Shown here: piece after piece, positions 34,079 through 41,124 of the stretch | Numbering within the stretch: position 1 is the first letter of the stretch | Layout: every line of letters begins with the position of its first letter | Made by a program: the position numbers and the translations under genes | Notes under the pieces: generated by a model | What the model saw: the letters and a program-made list of their open reading frames with translations, nothing else | Databases searched by the model: none | What the model was told of the DNA's origin: nothing | Origin: Chthoniobacteraceae bacterium | GTDB lineage: Bacteria > Verrucomicrobiota > Verrucomicrobiia > Chthoniobacterales > Chthoniobacteraceae | Reading direction: 5' to 3' | Length of the DNA stretch: 41,124 bases | Assembly (NCBI GenBank): GCA_031409335.1 | Contig: JANNWY010000297.1 | Span: forward strand, 1-41,124

Positions 34079-35429
34079 ATCACCGACAACTATCGACTTG
34101 CGCGCCGTCTGGTCGCAGATCACCGAGAACGTAAAAAATGGCGTCGGCGATGACGCATTTTCCCGCTGGTTTCAGGACGCGGAACTGCTGTCGCTCAGCG
34201 ACCAGGAACTCATCGTCTGCGTGCCAAACAACATCCATCAACTGTGGATCGAGACGAACTACATGCCGCTGCTGCACTCCGCGATGGTGCTCGTGCTCGG
34301 AAAGATTCGCGATGTCCGCTTCGTCTGCTCCGGCCAGACGGCGACGCCGCAGCCGCCGGAGGAGATTCCGGCGCAGAAAGATGGCAAACCGCGCCCGACC
34401 GCGCCCGCCATCGGGATGAATCCACGCAACACCTTCGATGCATTCGTCGTCGGCAAGAACAGCGACTACGCGCACGCCGCCTGCCTCGCCGTCGGCAATG
34501 CGCCGGGTCGCACTTACAATCCGCTCTTCCTCTACGGCGGCGTCGGCCTGGGAAAAACGCACCTCCTCCACGCGATCGGCCAGCACATCGCCGCGACGAA
34601 GAAAAACTCGAAGGTCGTCTATATCTCCAGCGAGCAATTCACCAATGAGTTCATCGACGCGATTCAGAATTCGGCGCTCATGAAATTTCGCAAGCGCTAC
34701 CGCCTCGCCGACGTCCTGCTCATCGACGACATCCAATTCCTCGCCAACAAGGAACGCTCGCAGGAGGAATTCTTTCACACCTTCAACGCGCTCTTCGACG
34801 GTCACAAACAAATCGTCCTTTCCTCAGATCGCCCGCCCGCCGAAATCGGCGATCTCTCCAGCCGCCTCGTCTCGCGATTCGAGTGGGGCCTCACCGCGGA
34901 ATTGCAGCCGCCCGATGTCGAAACGCGCACCGCCATTCTCCGAAAAAAAGCCGCGGAAACCCAGGTAACTCTCGACGCGCGAGTCATCGAATTCCTCGCC
35001 GCGCGCATCCGCTCGAACGTCCGCCGGCTCGAAGGCGCGCTCGTGCGCGTCGCAGCATTTGCGTCGCTGAATCAGGAGATGCCCTCCGAGGAAAAGATCG
35101 AGCAAATCCTCAAGGACATCCTGCAGGAGGAAGCGCGCCGCGCGATCAGCGTCGAACAAATCCAGAAACGCGTCGCCGAACATTTCGACGTGCGCATCGC
35201 CGACATGACGAGCAAACGCCGCCCCGCGAACATCGCCTTCCCGCGGCAGATCGCGATGTATCTCGCGCGGGAGCTGACGAAGGGCTCGCTCAGTGACATC
35301 GGCGATCAATTCGGCGGGCGCGATCACGGCACCGTCCTCCACGCGCACCGGCTCGTGAAAAAACGAATGAAGGACGACGAGAAAGTGCGGCAGATGGTTT
35401 CCTTCCTCGACGGGCAGCTCAATCGGTAG
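34071..35429 (+). CDS. dnaA: Chromosomal replication initiator DnaA
   Basis: YNPLFLYGGVGLGKTHL, LLIDDIQFL, QEEFFHTFN, FGGRDHGTV. Confidence 0.98.
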   Translation: MDKSPTTIDLRAVWSQITENVKNGVGDDAFSRWFQDAELLSLSDQELIVCVPNNIHQLWIETNYMPLLHSAMVLVLGKIRDVRFVCSGQTATPQPPEEIPAQKDGKPRPTAPAIGMNPRNTFDAFVVGKNSDYAHAACLAVGNAPGRTYNPLFLYGGVGLGKTHLLHAIGQHIAATKKNSKVVYISSEQFTNEFIDAIQNSALMKFRKRYRLADVLLIDDIQFLANKERSQEEFFHTFNALFDGHKQIVLSSDRPPAEIGDLSSRLVSRFEWGLTAELQPPDVETRTAILRKKAAETQVTLDARVIEFLAARIRSNVRRLEGALVRVAAFASLNQEMPSEEKIEQILKDILQEEARRAISVEQIQKRVAEHFDVRIADMTSKRRPANIAFPRQIAMYLARELTKGSLSDIGDQFGGRDHGTVLHAHRLVKKRMKDDEKVRQMVSFLDGQLNR

Positions 35430-35487
35430 GCGAGGCTTCGAGGCTGGCTTTTCTTGAATCCATCGCGCTGGCCCATCGTCTCGTGCC

Positions 35488-36885
35488 ATGAGCGCCTGCA
35501 CCGTCAACGACATCCACTCGGCACTGAACGCAACCCGGGTCGCGCGAGTGTGCGAGCCCGCGGGACTTGATGCGCTCGCCGCCATCGTCCGCGAGGCGCG
35601 CGCATCCGGCGCGCAACTTTCGCTCTGCGGTGGCCGCCATGCGATGGGAGGCCAGCAGTTTGGAGAAAACACCTGGCTCATCGACCTGCGCCGTCACGCG
35701 AGCATTCGCGCATTCGATCAAGAGCGCGGCCTGGTCGTCGCCGACGCGGGCATTCAATGGCCCGAACTCATCGCTGGCTATCTTGAGCGGCAGCGACCGG
35801 ATTTTCCCGCGTGGGGCATTCGCCAAAAACAAACCGGCGCCGATCGTCTCACGCTCGGCGGTGCGCTGGCCGCCAACGTCCACGGGCGCGGCCTGCGCCA
35901 GCCGCCCATCGTCGGCGATGTCGAAGCCTTCACCCTCCTCGACGTCACGGGTGAAGTGCGCCAGTGCAGCCGCACGGAAAACGCCGACCTGTTTCGCCTC
36001 GCCATTGGCGGCTACGGCCTCTTCGGGATCGTGGTCGATGTCACGCTGCGGCTCATGCCGCGGGTAAAAGTCGAGCGCCGCGTGGAGGTGCTCACGCTCG
36101 CTGAGCTGCTGCGCGTCCCGGAGGAACGCGACACGGGCGAGTGGCTCTTCGGCGATTTTCAATTCTCCATCGACGAAGGCTCGCCGGACTTCCTGCGCGT
36201 CGGCGTCTTTTCCGCATATCACCGCCTCGACGACGATCTGCCCATGCCCGCCGAACCCCGTAAATTGCGCGGCGACGATTGGCAGCGACTGCTCCACCTC
36301 GCGCACACCGACCGTGCGCGCGTCTTCGACGAGTATGCCGCCTATTATTTGTCCACTGACGGCCAGCGCTACTGGAGTGACACGCATCAGCTCGGCACCT
36401 ATCTCGACGGTTACCACGAGGAGATCGACCGGCACCTCGGCGCGTCCCATCCGGCCAGCGAGATGATCACCGAAATCTACGTCCCGCGTCCCGCACTTGG
36501 CGCGTTCATGAATCGCGCGGCGGAACTGCTCCGTCGCGGCGGTGTCCCCGTGATTTACGGAACGATCCGCTTGATCGAGCGGGACGACGAAACCTTCCTC
36601 GCGTGGGCGCGCGAGCCCTGGGCCTGCATCGTTTTCAATCTCTGCGTTGCCCACACGCCCGCTGCTCTGGCATCCGCGCAGACGGTCTTTCGCGGGCTGA
36701 TCGACCTCGCGATCGAGTGCCGCGGCAGCTACTACCTCACCTACCACCGCTGGGCCACGCGTGCGCAGGTCGAAGCGTGCCACCCGCGCTTCCGCGAATT
36801 CCTCCGCCTCAAGGAAACGCACGATCCGCACGAATTTTTTACCAGCGACTGGCACCGCCACCACCGCGCGCTCTTCACCGAATGA
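35488..36885 (+). CDS. FAD-linked oxidoreductase (VAO/ALO/DprE1-like fold)
   Basis: GGRHAMGGQQF, TLGGALAANVHGR, IGGYGLFG, GSYYLTYH. Confidence 0.85.
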   Translation: MSACTVNDIHSALNATRVARVCEPAGLDALAAIVREARASGAQLSLCGGRHAMGGQQFGENTWLIDLRRHASIRAFDQERGLVVADAGIQWPELIAGYLERQRPDFPAWGIRQKQTGADRLTLGGALAANVHGRGLRQPPIVGDVEAFTLLDVTGEVRQCSRTENADLFRLAIGGYGLFGIVVDVTLRLMPRVKVERRVEVLTLAELLRVPEERDTGEWLFGDFQFSIDEGSPDFLRVGVFSAYHRLDDDLPMPAEPRKLRGDDWQRLLHLAHTDRARVFDEYAAYYLSTDGQRYWSDTHQLGTYLDGYHEEIDRHLGASHPASEMITEIYVPRPALGAFMNRAAELLRRGGVPVIYGTIRLIERDDETFLAWAREPWACIVFNLCVAHTPAALASAQTVFRGLIDLAIECRGSYYLTYHRWATRAQVEACHPRFREFLRLKETHDPHEFFTSDWHRHHRALFTE

Positions 36886-37505
36886 CGATCCACGAGCCCG
36901 CGACGCTCGCGACCGATTACCTGCTCGCGCTGCTCGCCGGGTGGTGCGGCTGGCGTCTCGGTCGCCGCGCAAATCCCCCGCAACGCTGGTGGAGCCGCGC
37001 GCTCTGCCTCACTGCCGCGTCCGCTGTGATCGGCGGCACGCATCACGGTTTCGGCCCGCTGCTTGGCGAGGGATCGAGCGTCGCGCTTTGGCGCGCGACC
37101 TTGCTGTGCATCAGCCTCACGAGTGCCGCGATGTCCATGGCTTTCGTGGAAGAACTCGCCCCGCCCGCGCGGCGACTCCTCTGGCAGCGGATCGTCTGGA
37201 TCAAGTTCACCGGCTTTGCCGCGCTCGGCCTCGCGCTACCTATCTTCCTCGTCGCCGTCGCCGACTACGGCCTCGCGATGTTTGCGCTGGCCTTCCTGGC
37301 GCACATCACCGCCCGCGCGTGGCGCGCTCCGATGCTTGCCGCCATCGCCCTCTCGGCACTCGCCGCCGTCGTGCAACAAATGCACTGGGGTCTCTCCGCG
37401 CGCTTCAATCACAACGATGTCTATCACCTCATTCAAGGCACGGCCGTTTTCCTCTTTTATCGCGCCGGGAAGAAATTGGCGGGCAATGCGAAGTCGGGAA
37501 AATGA
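36882..37505 (+). CDS. Polytopic membrane protein (DUF6962-like)
   Basis: ATGA-coupled to the oxidase; about 7 TM segments; EP.T..TDY, GGTHHG, FNHNDVYH. Confidence 0.7.
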   Translation: MTIHEPATLATDYLLALLAGWCGWRLGRRANPPQRWWSRALCLTAASAVIGGTHHGFGPLLGEGSSVALWRATLLCISLTSAAMSMAFVEELAPPARRLLWQRIVWIKFTGFAALGLALPIFLVAVADYGLAMFALAFLAHITARAWRAPMLAAIALSALAAVVQQMHWGLSARFNHNDVYHLIQGTAVFLFYRAGKKLAGNAKSGK

Positions 37506-37632
37506 TCGCGCAGTGAACCGTTGAGGACGGAGGTCTGCATATGCGCACTTTTTGCGCGCGATTCTTCCATTGGGGAAAAAACATTGCGTCACTTCGCGCA
37601 ATCATTCATCTAACGCTCTCCCTTGAAATCGT

Positions 37633-38727
37633 ATGAAATTTAGCGTTAGCAAAGAGAAGCTCCTCGAAGGTCTGCAGACTGTTCAAAACGTGGTTGGCAC
37701 GCGCACGACGCTGCCGATTCTCTCGAACGTCCTGCTCCAGGCCGAGGATGGCCGCCTGCGTCTCACCACCACCGATCTCGATGTCGGCGTGAGCAGCAGC
37801 ATCGACGTGAATGTGGAGAAACCCGGTGCCACCACGCTGCCCGCGCGCCGTCTCGCCACCATCGTCCGCGAGCTTCCGGCCAGCGAAATCATCTTCGAGG
37901 TCGATTCAAAAAACTGCGCTTCGATTCGTTGCGGACAGAGCTTTTTCAAAATCCTCGGCTTGCCCGAGGAGGAGTTTCCGCCGCTCCCGAGTTTCAGCGA
38001 TGCGAAGGTGTTCACGCTCGGCCAACTTCAGTTGCGCGATGGCTTGAAAAAAACCTCGTACGCCATCTCCACCGATGAGACGCGCTATGTCCTGAATGGC
38101 ATCCTGTTTTCATTCAAGGACAACAAACTCACGATGGTCGCCACCGACGGTCGCCGCCTTGGGCTGGTCGATATCGAAGTCGAATTTCCGCGCAGCCAGG
38201 AAACCGAAATCATCGTTCCGACGAAATGTGTCACCGAGCTTTCCCGCCTGCTCGGCGACGGCGGCGAAGTGAAAATGAGCGTCGGCGAAAACCAGGTCGC
38301 GTTCGACATCAACGGCACGCTGCTCGTGTCGAAATTGATCGAAGGCAACTACCCGAATTACCGCCAGGTCATCCCCGGCGAATGCAAGGAACGCATCTCG
38401 CTCGAGCGCGAAACATTCCTCAACTCAGTGCATCGCGTCTCGCTGCTCACCAACGACAAGGCGAACTCGGTGAAGCTCACCTTCTCGAAAAACAACATCG
38501 ATATTTCCGCGAACACGCCCGATGTCGGCGAGGCGCGCGAGTCCGTCGCGGTCGCCTACAAGGGCAAGGAATTCTCGATCGCGTTCAATCCCGAATTCCT
38601 GATGGCCCCGCTGAAAAATCTCTCCAACGACGAAGTCTTCCTCGACCTCATCGACGAAATGAGCCCCGGCGTGATCAAGATTCAGAGCCCGTTTCTCTAC
38701 GTGCTCATGCCGATGCGCGTCGGCTGA
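37633..38727 (+). CDS. dnaN: DNA polymerase III beta sliding clamp
   Basis: TLPILSNVL, VATDGRRL, SKLIEGNYPNY, IAFNPEFL, YVLMPMR. Confidence 0.98.
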   Translation: MKFSVSKEKLLEGLQTVQNVVGTRTTLPILSNVLLQAEDGRLRLTTTDLDVGVSSSIDVNVEKPGATTLPARRLATIVRELPASEIIFEVDSKNCASIRCGQSFFKILGLPEEEFPPLPSFSDAKVFTLGQLQLRDGLKKTSYAISTDETRYVLNGILFSFKDNKLTMVATDGRRLGLVDIEVEFPRSQETEIIVPTKCVTELSRLLGDGGEVKMSVGENQVAFDINGTLLVSKLIEGNYPNYRQVIPGECKERISLERETFLNSVHRVSLLTNDKANSVKLTFSKNNIDISANTPDVGEARESVAVAYKGKEFSIAFNPEFLMAPLKNLSNDEVFLDLIDEMSPGVIKIQSPFLYVLMPMRVG

Positions 38728-38815
38728 CGCGGACGATTTTCCCGGGCAAAAATCCCGTTGCTTTTGCACGGGCCATCTGCGAATCGTCTCCCCCTCCGAA
38801 ACCGGGGGAACTTTT

Positions 38816-38896
38816 GCTCACGTGGCGAAATGGCAGACGCGTACGACTCAGAATCGTATGGGGAAACCCGTGGAGGTTCGAGTCCTCTCGTGAGCA
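38816..38896 (+). tRNA. tRNA-Leu (anticodon CAG), CCA not encoded
   Basis: Acceptor GCTCACG/CGTGAGC+A, anticodon arm TACGA-CTCAGAA-TCGTA, long variable arm, T arm GGAGG-TTCGAGT-CCTCT. Confidence 0.95.
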
Positions 38897-38920
38897 TCTC
38901 ATTGATTTTCAATGAGATGC
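38894..38920. repeat. Perfect 12-bp inverted repeat overlapping the tRNA 3' end
   Basis: GCATCTCATTGA-TTT-TCAATGAGATGC. Confidence 0.85.
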
Positions 38921-39068
38921 GTTTTGAAGATCACCCGGCATAATACTTTCGCATAACAACGCCGCCCGTGTCACTCGTCGCCAGTCGTGTTTGCGCGTGT
39001 CACGATTCGCCAGGATTTTTCGCCTTCCCCCCGTTGACTCATGCGCGCGGGAGATGCACTTTCGCGAC

Positions 39069-39245
39069 GTGAGCAAACCAAAAAAGCCCGTCGCAAACAC
39101 GAGGGAGAAAAAAACTCCGGGAACGGTCATCGTCGAAAAGTATCGGCCCGCGATGAACAAGCTCACCGATGCCGAGTGCGAAAAATTGATGGCTCGCGCA
39201 ATGGTTACGATCTACGGCCAGCCGGAAAATGCTGGTCGCCGTTGA
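39069..39245 (+). CDS. Small protein, probable antitoxin
   Basis: Directly upstream of and overlapping the PIN gene; TTGACT-N17-CACTTT-N6-GTG; alternative ATG at 39054. Confidence 0.55.
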   Translation: MSKPKKPVANTREKKTPGTVIVEKYRPAMNKLTDAECEKLMARAMVTIYGQPENAGRR

Positions 39246-39780
39246 TACCAACGTCCCGCTCGATCTCGCGAATGAAGTCGCGGATGTGGTGGATGCACTG
39301 GCCGTGATTCGCGAGCGCATCGCGGGCGCGCGGCTCATCGTCCCGCCCACGGTCGCGCTCGAACTGGCCTACCTCAGCGAGTTCGCCGATGAAGCCGGCG
39401 TGCGCGCCGCCGCGCAGACCGCCCTCCGTTCGCTCGCGTCGAAATGGGGCATCCAGCCCGTGAACCTTGTGCCGGTGGGACACGGCATCGTGGACGCCAT
39501 TGCCGCAAAAATCCGCGCGCGCGGCTTGCTGCCCGGTGAGGAGAAAAACGATGCGTTCACTCTCGCGGAAAGCGCCGTGCTCGAATGCTCGATGCTGCTC
39601 ACGAGCGACGCGCATCTGCGGTCGGTCGATCACGAAAGTCTCGCGCTCTTGCTCAACGCCTCGCACGTCGCGTCACCGATCATCGCCACGCCGCGCGAGA
39701 TTGTGCGGAAGCTCTGCCGCTCACGCGCGCCGCGTGCGTGCTGTTTGTGGCTTGCGACTGGTTCTACGGCACCTACCTGA
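39229..39780 (+). CDS. PIN domain (VapC-like) toxin
   Basis: VAVDTNV, VALEL, KNDAFTLAES, LLTSDAHL acidic PIN motifs. Confidence 0.8.
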   Translation: MLVAVDTNVPLDLANEVADVVDALAVIRERIAGARLIVPPTVALELAYLSEFADEAGVRAAAQTALRSLASKWGIQPVNLVPVGHGIVDAIAAKIRARGLLPGEEKNDAFTLAESAVLECSMLLTSDAHLRSVDHESLALLLNASHVASPIIATPREIVRKLCRSRAPRACCLWLATGSTAPT

Positions 39781-41099
39781 TGCCCTGTGCTGCCTTGCCC
39801 GTGAGTTCCTCGGTCTCCTTCGCCATCTCCTCCGCCTCGCTTTCCAGTGCCGCCAGCTCCTTCGCCAAACCCTCGATGTGCCGCCTCACCGTCTCGTCGA
39901 AAAACGCCGGGGTCTGCGTCGTCAGCCGGTGCAGCTCGTAATCGGGGCTCTCCCTGAGCGCATGGCCCGCCTCCAACACGCGGATGATTTCCAGCTCGAT
40001 GCGAGTCCACAGCCGGCGTAGTTGCGCGATCTCGCGCTCTTCGCCGAAGTCGAGCGCCGCCCAGCCTTGCCGCAGGATGAAGCCGTGCGGGTCTTCCGCG
40101 ATGCGGCGCAGCGTGGCCAGATCGCCGTGGTCCTTCGCGTGGTTAATCGCGGCGGTCAGCTTGTGATACGTCTCCTGCTTCTCCGGCTCGTGCGCGAAGC
40201 GGTCGGGGTGAAACAGCTTCACCAGCTTCCGCCAGAGCTGGCTCACCTCGGCGGCTTCCCCGGCGGTGAGTTCCTGCTTCTCCGCCAGCGCCGCCGCCGT
40301 CTCCGCAATTTCTCGATCACGATGCGCGCTCGCCTGCCGGTATTCCTGCGCGATCTTTCCGGCCTCTTCCTCGCCCTGCCGCACGAGCGATTCCAGATAC
40401 TTCCGCCGATAGCCGATGACCAGCCGCAGCCGGTCGCGCCGTTGGAAATGCTCGCGCAGCCGGGCAAACAGCCGCGCCTTCATCGCCTCCACCTTCGCCT
40501 TTTCGATCGTGAAGCCCGCTTCCAGTTCCGCCAGCCGCGCCCGCGCCGTGTCCACCAGCGCCCGCAGCCGCTGCAACTCCGGGTTCACGTAAAGCACCAG
40601 GCCCCGGCCCGCGACGGCCACGGCCGCCGGGTCGCGCGCGCACTCCCAGGCGACGAACCGCGAGGGTTCCGCCGCTTCCTCCAGGCTCCGCAAATACCAG
40701 CGCCCCATCCTCGCGTTGCGCGCGTTGGCGGATTGCGCCAGACCGTCCAGCCAGCGGCGCAACCCGGCGTCGGTGCGTGCCTCCGCGATGGACCTGCCCT
40801 TGCGCTGTCCGAAGGCGGTGCGCGACCGAACCCATTCCTCGGCGGCATCGGCCGCAAGCTGCGCCTACGTCTCCCGCCCGCGCTGCTCCGCGATCGGGCG
40901 CAGCACCGTCGCGAAAAGATCGGCCACCGTGCCGACATCGCCCAGCGCCGTGTGAGCGCCGCGTTCCGGCAGGCGGTAATACTGGCGCAGGGTTTGCAGC
41001 TTGCAGTTCCCGGCGGGCACCGGATCGAGGAGCCGCTGCGCCAGCCGCAACGCGCAAAACCCGGCGCGGCCAATGGGTGCGATCCCCAGCCGCCTCCAT
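39773..41099 (-). pseudogene. Decayed DEDDh 3'-5' exonuclease / coiled-coil / J-domain-like fusion
   Basis: ExoIII motif AHTALGDV and KLFHPDRF lie in one frame split by TAG at 40865-40867; the frame is closed again just upstream of 41099. Confidence 0.75.
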
Positions 41100-41124
41100 C
41101 TCGATCAAACGCCGAGCGCCGACA

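Noticed and set aside
40865..40867. TAG as pyrrolysine/readthrough recoding
   Set aside because: The gene is also disrupted near 41100, and many genes here end in TAG, so simple decay is more parsimonious.

Overview
High-GC bacterial chromosome segment, most consistent with a Verrucomicrobiota (Chthoniobacter/Spartobacteria-like) genome. The assignment rests on a Planctomycetes/Verrucomicrobia-type microcompartment (PV-BMC) locus, DUF1549/1553/1501 genes and start regions lacking Shine-Dalgarno sequences. Left to right: an IS end abutting the 3' part of a type I restriction hsdR gene; an MFS transporter, Uma2 nuclease, peroxiredoxin and esterase; a DeoR-regulated PV-BMC operon (4162-14294: PduL, 3 BMC-H, acetate kinase, 3 BMC-P, aldehyde dehydrogenase, class II aldolase, lactate dehydrogenase and an extra class I aldolase-like gene); CCA-adding enzyme; a DUF1549/1553-DUF1501-WD40 cluster; uronate isomerase; mutS; argA; a sodium:solute symporter; candidate oriC; dnaA; two inserted genes; dnaN; tRNA-Leu(CAG); then a probable island edge with a PIN toxin-antitoxin pair and a decayed exonuclease/J-domain gene. 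The most striking unexplained structure is a set of inverted-repeat cassettes with arms built from 7- or 9/10-nt tandem units. They begin at or within a few nt of stop codons and fill every long intergenic gap of the BMC operon. One encloses a four-helix-bundle (23S-IVS-protein/Avd-like) gene while sister copies with the same arms are empty. A REP doublet is also inserted in frame inside mutS. All family assignments are from motif recognition by eye; no searches were run.
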